Source of the DNA: a virus
Strand: one strand, 5' to 3'
Virus record (IMG/VR): IMGVR_UViG_3300042305_002284
Location: 60,361-124,360 of that record
DNA length: 64,000 nt
This document shows positions 20,144 to 28,697 of this stretch, piece by piece. Position numbers and translations under genes: made by a program. Position 1 is the stretch's first letter; every line of letters begins with the position of its first letter. The notes beneath the pieces were generated by a model. The model did not search any database, was not told the DNA's origin, and was given only the letters and a program-made list of their open reading frames with translations.

Positions 20144-21085
20144 ATGTCATCGGTGCAAAAAGAACAGATATTAGCAGATATATTTGGCGCTCCTCAACGA
20201 TCCGGTGAGGAGTTGCTTTTTTATTGTCCCAAGTGCAAACATCAAAAAAAGAAACTCTCCTGTAATGTCCGTAAAAACGCTTTCAAATGTTGGGTATGCA
20301 ACTTTACGGGGAACAGCATAGCAAGGCTGGTAAAGCGTTATGGCTCGTATAAACAGAAACAAGAATGGGGTAGGTATGATGACAAAGTTGATTTGTCTTC
20401 CATTTCTTTTGCAGATTCTTTATTTGGAGATAAAGAACAAGAAGAAACAAACATTTCATTACCCAAAGAGTTTGTTACGCTGACTGGAAAATACAATCCA
20501 GTAAATTCTATTCCGTTGAGATATTTGCATGAACGAGGAATAAACAAAGAAGATATACTAAAATGGAAAATAGGATATTGTCCTGATGGCGAATATGCTG
20601 GTCGGATTATCGTTCCAAGTTTTAGTCTTGAAGGAAAAATAAATTATTTTATTGCTCGTTCTTATCGCGACGATTGGATGAAATATAAAAATCCACCTTT
20701 ACATAAAAATCAAATATTATTCAACGAACTTTATGTTGATTGGTCCTCTGACCTTGTATTGACAGAGGGAGTTTTTGATGCTATAATAGCAGGAAACGCA
20801 GTGCCGCTGCTTGGTTCTACATTGCCGGAAACAAGTAGATTATTCCAAGAAATAGCAAAACACGATACACCAATATATGTTGCCCTTGATCCAGACGCAG
20901 AAAAGAAAGCAAAACATCTCATAAAAGATATGATCCAATATGGTATAGAAACATACAAGGTTGATGTAAGTGGTTTTCAAGATGTTGGTAGTATGACAAA
21001 AGCAGAGTTTCTTGAAAGAAAAGCCGCAGCACTTCCTATGACACAAGAAACACTATTTAGATATCAAATACAAGGATTTATATGA
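20144..21085 (+). CDS. dnaG: DNA primase (zinc finger + TOPRIM)
   Basis: CPKC...FKCWVC zinc finger; GRIIVP, FIARS, KYKNP, TEGVFDA, ALDPDA, QDVG motifs. Confidence 0.88.
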   Translation: MSSVQKEQILADIFGAPQRSGEELLFYCPKCKHQKKKLSCNVRKNAFKCWVCNFTGNSIARLVKRYGSYKQKQEWGRYDDKVDLSSISFADSLFGDKEQEETNISLPKEFVTLTGKYNPVNSIPLRYLHERGINKEDILKWKIGYCPDGEYAGRIIVPSFSLEGKINYFIARSYRDDWMKYKNPPLHKNQILFNELYVDWSSDLVLTEGVFDAIIAGNAVPLLGSTLPETSRLFQEIAKHDTPIYVALDPDAEKKAKHLIKDMIQYGIETYKVDVSGFQDVGSMTKAEFLERKAAALPMTQETLFRYQIQGFI

Positions 21086-21219
21086 AAGTCGTCTATATTG
21101 TAATAGAAGTTTGGTACAGCAGAACCGATTTAGTTGCTTGTTTTTCCAAAAGACAAGATGCCGAAAAGTTTATTGAAAATAAACGAAATTTTTCTATCAC
21201 AGAAATGGAAGTAAAATGA
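21082..21219 (+). CDS. 45-aa small phage protein (MKVVYIVIEVWYSRTDLVACFSKRQDAEKFIENKRNFSITEMEVK); not in ORF track
   Basis: AAGGA RBS; ATGA overlaps with both neighbours, exactly filling the gap. Confidence 0.65.
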   Translation: MKVVYIVIEVWYSRTDLVACFSKRQDAEKFIENKRNFSITEMEVK

Positions 21220-24200
21220 TAAAGATCTGTCACCTATCGGACACCCATATCAGAAACCTCAAATATCACGACGAATATCGTATAGTATTCAATAAAATAT
21301 TTGAAACTCTAAAACAAGAAAAACCAGACTATATTATTCATTGTGGGGATATAGCACATACAAAAAACCAGATATCTCCTGAGTTTGTTGAAATGTGTTC
21401 TTGGTTTCTAAAAGAACTTGCCGATATTGCTCCAACATATATTATTCTTGGAAACCACGACTGTAACCTCAAAAACGACACTCGCCAAGATAGCATTTCT
21501 CCTATTGTTACAGCACTAAACAATCCAAACCTAACACTTTGGAAATATTCAGGCGAGCGAGTTATAGATGAAAAACTTGCCTTCAATGTTCTTTCGCTTA
21601 TTGATGAAGATAAGTGGGTAAAACCAAGCGATCCCAACAGGATCAATATTGCTCTTTATCACGGCGCTATTGCTGGTGTATCCACAGATGTTGGGTACAC
21701 TATGGAACACAGCGATCATGATGTTTCAATTTTTGAAGGTCACGATTACGCAATGGCCGGCGATATTCACAAGACAAATCAAATTGTTGATACAGAAGGT
21801 CGTGTTCGCTATCCAGGTTCAACCATTCAACAGAACCATGGAGAAACAGACGATAAGGGTTTTCTCATTTGGGAAATAGAAGATAAAAACCAGTTTGATG
21901 TTCGGCATATTGCTATCCCGCACCCAAAACCATTTGTAACTATCAAACTTGATGAAAATGGCAAGTTTGATGAAACAGCCAACATAAAGACAAACGCTCG
22001 TATTCGTGTTATGGCTGATAGCAACATTTCAGCAAATGAAATAAGAAAAACACTTGATATTATCAAAGTAAAGTTTCAGCCAGAAAGTGTTGCCTTTCTA
22101 AACAAGGCAACAAGCAGAATAGATATAACAGAAACCATCAACAAGATGGAAGATCAAGATTTGCGCTCAATATCAACACAAGAAAAACTGCTTGCTGAAT
22201 ATCTAAAAGACTATAATCCAACAGCAGAAATATTGCAAAAAGTGTACGAACTAAATAAAAAATACAACTCTATTGCCGAAGAAAACGAAGAAGTGTCCAG
22301 AAACATTCGTTGGACAATCAAGTCATTGATGTGGGATAATATGTTCAACTATGGAAAAGATAACTCAATAGATTTCCAAAAATTAAACGGTGTTGTTTCT
22401 CTAAATGGTCCCAACGGTCAAGGAAAGTCTGCCATTTTGGACTCAATGCTTTGGGGTATGCAGAATTCAACAAGTAAAAATGTTCGTAAAAATGTAAATA
22501 TTATCAACCAAAACCAAGACAACTGTCGTGTTGTTGTTGATCTGCTTGTTGATGACAAGCAATATACTATTGAAAGAACTGCTGAAAAATATACCAAGAA
22601 ACTAAATGGCGAAGAAACACTTGAAGCAAAAACCGATGTTTCTTTTAGTGTCTGTGATATAGGAGAAAGCGAAGACTGTGAAAGGTTTGAAAAAGGTAAT
22701 CTAAATGGTCTTGATCGCAACGAAACAGATAAAAATATTCGTAAAGTATTTGGAACACTGGAAGACTTTCTTTTTACTTCTATGTCTTCCCAGCTTGGTT
22801 CTCTTGACTTTATCAACGAAGGTTCAACTCGTCGTAAAGAAATACTTGGAAAGTTCCTTGATCTTGATATATTTGCTAAAAAATACAAACTTTCAAACAG
22901 TGAAGCAACAGAGCTAAAAGCAGCACTAAAACGACTTGAAACAAAAAATCACGATCAAGAGATATTAGAAACATCTATAAAATTGATTGAACTAAAAGGC
23001 AAAGCACAACAACAACTTGATGAGTGTGAAGAAATAAAAAGTGAAATAAAAGTTCTAACAGAGCAAATAAACAATATAAACATAGAGACTGCTTCTATGC
23101 CAAAAATAGATGTTATTGATATTGATAATGCCAAGTTATCTTTAGAAAAGATATTCAGCGATATAGAAAAGTTCGGCAAAACAATGAAAGAAAATAGTGA
23201 ATTTTATATAGAAAAAGAACGAGCACTTGATGTTGCTAAAAAAGTTGTTACTGGCATAAAAATAGAAGAAATAAACAAAAATAAAAATACCATAACAGAA
23301 AAAAACAAAGAACTTGACAAGGTGTTGAGGCAAATAAATGAACTTGAAAAAGATATTCTCCGTGACAAAAAAGATATACAGATTTTGGATGAGGTCCCAT
23401 GTGGAAATACTTTTCCTACCTGTAAGTTTCTTACTGGTGCCTTTCAAAAGAAAGGCGAGATAGATGGTAAAAAAGACCTTGTTGTTATAGCGAGCAAGAG
23501 AAAACAAGAAATAGAAAAAACTATAAATCAACTAAATCCAACAGAAATAGAAAAGTCTATTTCTGCTCGTAATGTTATTTTGGAAAAAATAAGAAATATG
23601 GAAACTATTGTTGCTAACAAAAAACTTGAAAACGAACAACTAAATGGAAAAATAATAGTTTCACAGAGCCTTGTAGAAAAACTAGAACAAAAAATAGAAA
23701 ACTATTATAAAAACGAACAAGCAGCAAAAAAACTAAATGAAATAACAAAAGTGAAACAAGGTTTTATTGAACAAAATGAAAATCTAACAAAACAACTAAA
23801 TGCTTGTGAAACAAGTATCATAAAACTACATCGCGAACAAGGTTCATTAGAACAAAAGAAAACTGACTTGGAAGAAGCAAAACAAGAACTTGCCAAACTA
23901 CGAGACGAATATGCTGCTATTTCTATGTTTGAAAAGGCGATGCACAGCAACGGAATAAGTTATGACATTATTCGCAAAAAACTGCCAGTTATAAATGAAG
24001 AAATAGCAAAAGTTCTTGCCAATATTGTGAGTTTTGAAATATTTTTTGAAGATGATGGTAAAAAACTTGACATTCTTATCAAGCATCCAAAATATGAAAA
24101 GCGACCAATTGAACTAGCCAGTGGAGCAGAAAAAAGTTTGGCTGCTATGGCTATAAGACTTGCCTTGACAAAAATAACTTCATTGCCAACTGGCGATATT

Positions 24201-24392
24201 ATTATACTTGATGAACCAGCAACTTCACTTGACGAAGAAAATATGGAAGGTTTTACCAGAATGCTTGATATGCTAAAAACTCATTATAAAACAATATTAT
24301 TGATATCTCACCTACCAGAATTGAAAGATATTGCTGACACGCAGATACTTATAAATAATATTGATGGATATGCTTCTGTGGAGGTAAAATGA
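21216..24392 (+). CDS. sbcCD: Fused Mre11/SbcD nuclease - Rad50/SbcC ATPase (T4 gp47-gp46-like)
   Basis: Phosphoesterase motifs DTH, GD, GNHD, H, GDIH; Walker A GPNGQGKS; coiled coil; signature ASGAE; Walker B IIILDEP; H-loop ISH. Confidence 0.92.
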   Translation: MIKICHLSDTHIRNLKYHDEYRIVFNKIFETLKQEKPDYIIHCGDIAHTKNQISPEFVEMCSWFLKELADIAPTYIILGNHDCNLKNDTRQDSISPIVTALNNPNLTLWKYSGERVIDEKLAFNVLSLIDEDKWVKPSDPNRINIALYHGAIAGVSTDVGYTMEHSDHDVSIFEGHDYAMAGDIHKTNQIVDTEGRVRYPGSTIQQNHGETDDKGFLIWEIEDKNQFDVRHIAIPHPKPFVTIKLDENGKFDETANIKTNARIRVMADSNISANEIRKTLDIIKVKFQPESVAFLNKATSRIDITETINKMEDQDLRSISTQEKLLAEYLKDYNPTAEILQKVYELNKKYNSIAEENEEVSRNIRWTIKSLMWDNMFNYGKDNSIDFQKLNGVVSLNGPNGQGKSAILDSMLWGMQNSTSKNVRKNVNIINQNQDNCRVVVDLLVDDKQYTIERTAEKYTKKLNGEETLEAKTDVSFSVCDIGESEDCERFEKGNLNGLDRNETDKNIRKVFGTLEDFLFTSMSSQLGSLDFINEGSTRRKEILGKFLDLDIFAKKYKLSNSEATELKAALKRLETKNHDQEILETSIKLIELKGKAQQQLDECEEIKSEIKVLTEQINNINIETASMPKIDVIDIDNAKLSLEKIFSDIEKFGKTMKENSEFYIEKERALDVAKKVVTGIKIEEINKNKNTITEKNKELDKVLRQINELEKDILRDKKDIQILDEVPCGNTFPTCKFLTGAFQKKGEIDGKKDLVVIASKRKQEIEKTINQLNPTEIEKSISARNVILEKIRNMETIVANKKLENEQLNGKIIVSQSLVEKLEQKIENYYKNEQAAKKLNEITKVKQGFIEQNENLTKQLNACETSIIKLHREQGSLEQKKTDLEEAKQELAKLRDEYAAISMFEKAMHSNGISYDIIRKKLPVINEEIAKVLANIVSFEIFFEDDGKKLDILIKHPKYEKRPIELASGAEKSLAAMAIRLALTKITSLPTGDIIILDEPATSLDEENMEGFTRMLDMLKTHYKTILLISHLPELKDIADTQILINNIDGYASVEVK

Positions 24393-24619
24393 TAATGGCG
24401 CGACTAAAAAAAGAAATACTTGATAAAGGTATATCAAAACTTGTTAGTAGAAAACTACTTGTTTGGCTTGTGGCAACTATTGGTGTGCCTTTACAAATGA
24501 TTGATGGTGAGCAATGGTTACAAATAAGTATGGTTTATATCGGCTCTCAGGCGGCAAAAGACTTTATCATAGAGTATGTCAAGGCAAAAACTGGAAGCCA
24601 AAATACACCAACTGTGTGA
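24389..24619 (+). CDS. Small membrane protein, putative holin
   Basis: SRKLLVWLVATIGV and WLQISMVYIGSQAA hydrophobic segments; basic N-terminus; GGAGG RBS. Confidence 0.5.
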   Translation: MIMARLKKEILDKGISKLVSRKLLVWLVATIGVPLQMIDGEQWLQISMVYIGSQAAKDFIIEYVKAKTGSQNTPTV

Positions 24620-24716
24620 AATACTAAAAAATTTTTTGTTTTATGCTATTGTGATAATAGTAGTGATATCTTTTATTGTAGAAATACTAAATCAAGGAAA
24701 TAGAAATGGTAAATAA
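24576..24716 (+). CDS. 46-aa single-TM protein (MSRQKLEAKIHQLCEILKNFLFYAIVIIVVISFIVEILNQGNRNGK); not in ORF track
   Basis: Fills the gap between 24619 and 24706; clear ~20-aa hydrophobic helix. Confidence 0.4.
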   Translation: MSRQKLEAKIHQLCEILKNFLFYAIVIIVVISFIVEILNQGNRNGK

Positions 24717-25074
24717 AATATTAGAAACTTGTAAAAAATATTGGTATATGTTTGTTATATTCGCCCTAACCGGTGTTGTTTTGTTGGTGAGTTTTGTAGA
24801 GAACTCCAAAGTGGCAGGCTTGTCAAATGTTATAAAAAAGATTGCTGATGGTTATATAAAGCAGTTTGACAAGTTAGAAACACTAAACGATGCCAAAACA
24901 AGAAAAGATAAAAAAGTTATCAACAAAGCGGAAAAGAAAATAGAAGCAATAGAAAAAGACAAAGAAGAAAAAGTACAAAAAGTATTAGAAGAAAAAGAAA
25001 AAGTTGTAGAAAAACTCAAAGATAACTCAACAGAAGAACTTGCTAAAAAAATAAAGGAAGAGTATAATCTATGA
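24706..25074 (+). CDS. N-terminal TM + coiled-coil protein (i-spanin/Rz-like)
   Basis: YWYMFVIFALTGVVLLVSFV TM followed by a K/E-rich coiled coil. Confidence 0.5.
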   Translation: MVNKILETCKKYWYMFVIFALTGVVLLVSFVENSKVAGLSNVIKKIADGYIKQFDKLETLNDAKTRKDKKVINKAEKKIEAIEKDKEEKVQKVLEEKEKVVEKLKDNSTEELAKKIKEEYNL

Positions 25075-25499
25075 GAACATTATGCTTAGCATTATTATTT
25101 ATATTTTCAGGGACTTCATTCGCTCAAACGGCAGTCGTAAAAGGACAACAATGTCCAGCAGACGGTATCTTTCTAACAAAAGAAGAAGCAGCAAAAATAT
25201 TAGCAGAAAAACAAGCAGCAGCAGAAATATGCCGGATAAATAATGAGGCGTCTGTTGAAAAAGAAAAAACAAAATGTGGTTTTGAAAAAGGCTTATTACA
25301 AAATGAACTTGATTTTGAAAAGAAAAAGTTTGATGAAATAATAGGGCTAAGAAATGCGCAAGACAAAGTTTTCTTGGATCGTATTGATGATGGGGGTGAC
25401 AATACATATTATTTTTTTGGCGGATTGGCTTTGGGTGCTGTTGTATCCGGAGCGGCCATAGTTGGCACAATAGTTCTAATAAACCAGGTCGTACAATGA
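25071..25499 (+). CDS. Secreted coiled-coil protein with C-terminal TM (spanin-like partner)
   Basis: Signal peptide MRTLCLALLFIFSGTSFA, coiled coil, C-terminal GGLALGAVVSGAAIVGTIVLI. Confidence 0.45.
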   Translation: MRTLCLALLFIFSGTSFAQTAVVKGQQCPADGIFLTKEEAAKILAEKQAAAEICRINNEASVEKEKTKCGFEKGLLQNELDFEKKKFDEIIGLRNAQDKVFLDRIDDGGDNTYYFFGGLALGAVVSGAAIVGTIVLINQVVQ

Positions 25500-25888
25500 G
25501 CCAAGACTGGGACAAGATAGCAGCAGTAGAAAAAGCCGTAAAAGAAAAATACGGAGATAATGCTATTGCTAATCCAAAAGCAAATTGGAACGCAGAAAAA
25601 GAAGCAGACTTTATAGAGCAAATAAAACAGCAAGCGATAAAAACTCAGGAAAAGCAGGACAAACAAGAAATAATAGAAGAAAATGGGTTTTTAGTAAAGA
25701 AAAAACTATTTATTAGCAAAACCAACAGGGTTTGTCCGGTCTTGGAATGTGGGCGTTATTCTTTTAGTGTAAAGGATGATGTATATATGAACAAGTTTGG
25801 ATGTTGTTATGGATGTTATATAAAATATGTTGAAGGTCGTGAAGGCCTTTGGGAAGAAAGAAAGAAGGTGATTACAAATGGTAGTTGA
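25496..25888 (+). CDS. Hypothetical protein with C-terminal zinc-ribbon
   Basis: CPVLEC...CCYGC; ATGA overlap with upstream gene. Confidence 0.6.
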   Translation: MSQDWDKIAAVEKAVKEKYGDNAIANPKANWNAEKEADFIEQIKQQAIKTQEKQDKQEIIEENGFLVKKKLFISKTNRVCPVLECGRYSFSVKDDVYMNKFGCCYGCYIKYVEGREGLWEERKKVITNGS

Positions 25889-26072
25889 TAAACTTGAAGA
25901 AGTAGCGAAAGCGCTTGAAGCGTGTAAGGCAGACGCCGTAAAAGTCGACAAAGGTAATCGTTCGGCTGCAACCCGTATTCGTAAAGATCTTGGTGCAGTT
26001 GCAAAGATGCTAAAAGAACTTCGTAATGCAGCGCTTGAAAAAGTTCGTGAAGTAAAAACAAAAGAAGACTGA
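25878..26072 (+). CDS. Histone H1-like nucleoid protein (Hc1 family core)
   Basis: KVDKGNRSAATRIRKDL...K.LKELR matches the KGNKAAxxRxR motif of Chlamydia Hc1/Bacteroidota H1-like proteins. Confidence 0.75.
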   Translation: MVVDKLEEVAKALEACKADAVKVDKGNRSAATRIRKDLGAVAKMLKELRNAALEKVREVKTKED

Positions 26073-26096
26073 AACCCAACAAGGAGAAGATAATAA

Positions 26097-26627
26097 ATGG
26101 CTGAACTTTTAGATGTAATAAAAGGTATTTCACAAGTAATGGCTCAAACTTATGATGGTGCAACCGATAAAGATGGTAAGCCAATCAAAGCAGGTTTGCG
26201 CCGCGAGGAAGTATCAGCATTTACCAGTTGTGAGTGTCGTCTCCTTGATGGTTTTCGTGCGCGTGTAACTCATCACGCAGGAAAAGATGGTTCTTTTCCT
26301 TGTTTGATAATCTCTTATCATAGCGAACTCAAACTTGAAGAAGCGCACAGTCCAAAACTCGGCGAACAAGTTGAGGAGCATATAGCAGAAGCACTAAAAT
26401 ATCTAAAAAAAGAGTTCAAAAAGGTTGCTGGCAAAGAACTAAATGTTGAAAAATATGGCGAAGTAAAAATGCTTGTTGAAGAAACATCAAGAATCCGAGT
26501 TTTTGTAACAGCACAATGTCATTACAAAATAAAAGATATTGATATGCCAAAACTTGAAGATCAAAAAGATGTTGAACGCAGCGAACAACTTCAAAAATGG
26601 TTAGCATTAGGTGGATTGAAGAAATGA
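26097..26627 (+). CDS. Hypothetical head-module protein
   Basis: AAGGAG RBS; C-terminal QKWLALGGLKK resembles scaffold C-terminus RWLKLAGIK. Confidence 0.6.
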   Translation: MAELLDVIKGISQVMAQTYDGATDKDGKPIKAGLRREEVSAFTSCECRLLDGFRARVTHHAGKDGSFPCLIISYHSELKLEEAHSPKLGEQVEEHIAEALKYLKKEFKKVAGKELNVEKYGEVKMLVEETSRIRVFVTAQCHYKIKDIDMPKLEDQKDVERSEQLQKWLALGGLKK

Positions 26628-27091
26628 AAATAACAAAAGCAAGACTTTTACAGATCATTCGTGAAGAGGTTGAACTCCACGAAAAGTATGTTGAAGAAAA
26701 TGTTATTGAACTTGACGAAGAGGCGATTGAAGAACTTTCGAAACAAGCCGGTAAAAAGGCCATTGAAGATGAAATAGATACTGACAAAGAGACTGGCAGT
26801 CTTAAAGAAGTTGAAAAAGTAAAACACAAAGGCAAAGAATATAAAGCATCGGCATCTACCATGAAGGCTATTCGCGGTGGTGCTGGCGGTCCCGGTAAAG
26901 TAACGACGTCAGAGTTTGAAAAAGCAGTAAAACAAGCAAGTTGGGCTGACGATCCAGAGGCGGTTGCTGCTGCCGGTAGAATAGTTGCTAAAAAGAAAGC
27001 CGGAACCATGGAAGAAGATAGTGATGTTGATGAAGATAAACTTCTTGATCCCGAAACAAAAGAACCGGTCAATGGCACGAAACCAAGATGA
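26624..27091 (+). CDS. Putative internal head protein (MKITKARLLQIIREEV N-terminal motif)
   Basis: Start at 26624 gives an ATGA overlap; highly charged; N-terminal motif shared with 33777. Confidence 0.55.
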   Translation: MKITKARLLQIIREEVELHEKYVEENVIELDEEAIEELSKQAGKKAIEDEIDTDKETGSLKEVEKVKHKGKEYKASASTMKAIRGGAGGPGKVTTSEFEKAVKQASWADDPEAVAAAGRIVAKKKAGTMEEDSDVDEDKLLDPETKEPVNGTKPR

Positions 27092-27094
27092 TAT

Positions 27095-28693
27095 ATGAGT
27101 TATGTTCTTACAAAAGATCAGGTAAAAGAAGAGATAAAGAAGTGCGGGCGTGATCCTGTATACTTCATTACAAACTACTGTAAAATATCACATCCAGAAA
27201 AAGGATTGATACCATTTAGTTTATACGGCTATCAGCAACGAACAATAAAAGACTTTGAAGACTATCGCTTCAATATAGTTCTAAAAGCCCGCCAGTTAGG
27301 TTTATCAACCGCTGTTGCGGGTTATATTGCTTGGATGCTTCTTTATCGCAGACAAAAAAGTGTTCTTGTTGTCGCAACAAAACTTGATGTAGCAGCCAAT
27401 CTTGTAAAAAAAGTAAAAAAAATGATAAAAAGTCTGCCAAGTTGGATGAACATAGCAGACATATCAATAGACAATAGAAATAGTTTTGAACTAAATAATG
27501 GCTCATGGATCAAAGCATCATCAACAAGTGAAAGTGCTGGTCGTTCGGAAGCGTTGAGTCTTCTTGTTATTGACGAAGCAGCATTCGTTGAAGGCATGGA
27601 AGACCTGTGGAAAAGTATATTCCCAACACTTTCAACCGGTGGTCGTTGTATTGCCCTCTCGACGCCAAATGGGGTTGGAAACTGGTTCCATGAAACATAT
27701 ATAAATGCTGAAAATAACACAAACGATTTCCACGCCATAAAACTAAACTGGGACGCCCATCCAGAGCGAGATCGCGACTGGTTTGAAGCAGCCACTCGTA
27801 ATATGAATAGGCGAGATATAGCACAAGAATTCGAATGCTCTTTCAATGCATCTGGTGAAGGCGTTATAAACTCGCAAGATTTACAAGAAATAAGAGAAGG
27901 CGTTTTAGAACCTAAATATCGCACAGGTTTTGATAGAAACTATTGGATATGGGAAGAAGCAAGAGTTGACTTTACATATCTTCTTGTAGCAGACGTCGCC
28001 CGTGGAGATGGAAAAGACTTTTCTGCTTTCCATGTTGTAAAACTTGAAACAATGGAACAAGTAGCAGAGTATCAAGGAAAAATAGCGCCTGATATTTATG
28101 CTGATATGTTGTTTCAAACAGGAAAAGAATATAATAATGCTCTTCTTGTTGTTGAAAATAACAATATTGGATATAATGTTCTTGATAAACTTATAGAAAG
28201 AAAATATCCAAATATTTATTTTTCAATAAAATCAACACATGAATATATAGAGCAAGTTCAAGCGGAAAGCATGACAAATAGTGTTCCAGGATTTACAACA
28301 ACTCAAAAAACACGACCTCTCATTGTTTCAAAACTTGAAGAGTTTATTAGAAACAGATTGATAAAAATATATTCTAATAGAACAGTAGAAGAACTATCTA
28401 CATTTGTATGGAACAACGGACGACCAGAAGCAATGAAAAATAGAAACGACGATCTAACAATGTCTCTTGCTATTGCTTGCTGGGTGAGAGACACGGCACT
28501 AACAGTTTCTCAACGAGATATTGAGTATACAAAGGCAATGTTCAATGCTATAACTGTGGCAAATACCAAAGTCCAAACTAAAATACCCGGACAGATAGGT
28601 TATAATGGAAACTACTCAATGGATGAAAAAAGAGTAAATCAAAAAGAACTAAAAGAGTTCTATAAAATGTATGACTGGCTTTATAAAGGATAA
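27095..28693 (+). CDS. terL: Terminase large subunit (T4 gp17-like)
   Basis: LYGYQ Q-motif, KARQLGLST Walker A, LLVIDEAAF Walker B, STPNG motif III, nuclease ADVARGDGKDFS and NDDL. Confidence 0.95.
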   Translation: MSYVLTKDQVKEEIKKCGRDPVYFITNYCKISHPEKGLIPFSLYGYQQRTIKDFEDYRFNIVLKARQLGLSTAVAGYIAWMLLYRRQKSVLVVATKLDVAANLVKKVKKMIKSLPSWMNIADISIDNRNSFELNNGSWIKASSTSESAGRSEALSLLVIDEAAFVEGMEDLWKSIFPTLSTGGRCIALSTPNGVGNWFHETYINAENNTNDFHAIKLNWDAHPERDRDWFEAATRNMNRRDIAQEFECSFNASGEGVINSQDLQEIREGVLEPKYRTGFDRNYWIWEEARVDFTYLLVADVARGDGKDFSAFHVVKLETMEQVAEYQGKIAPDIYADMLFQTGKEYNNALLVVENNNIGYNVLDKLIERKYPNIYFSIKSTHEYIEQVQAESMTNSVPGFTTTQKTRPLIVSKLEEFIRNRLIKIYSNRTVEELSTFVWNNGRPEAMKNRNDDLTMSLAIACWVRDTALTVSQRDIEYTKAMFNAITVANTKVQTKIPGQIGYNGNYSMDEKRVNQKELKEFYKMYDWLYKG

Positions 28694-28697
28694 ATAA

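Noticed and set aside
25496-27091. Small terminase subunit among the genes upstream of TerL
   Set aside because: No recognisable gp16/TerS motif; position alone is insufficient
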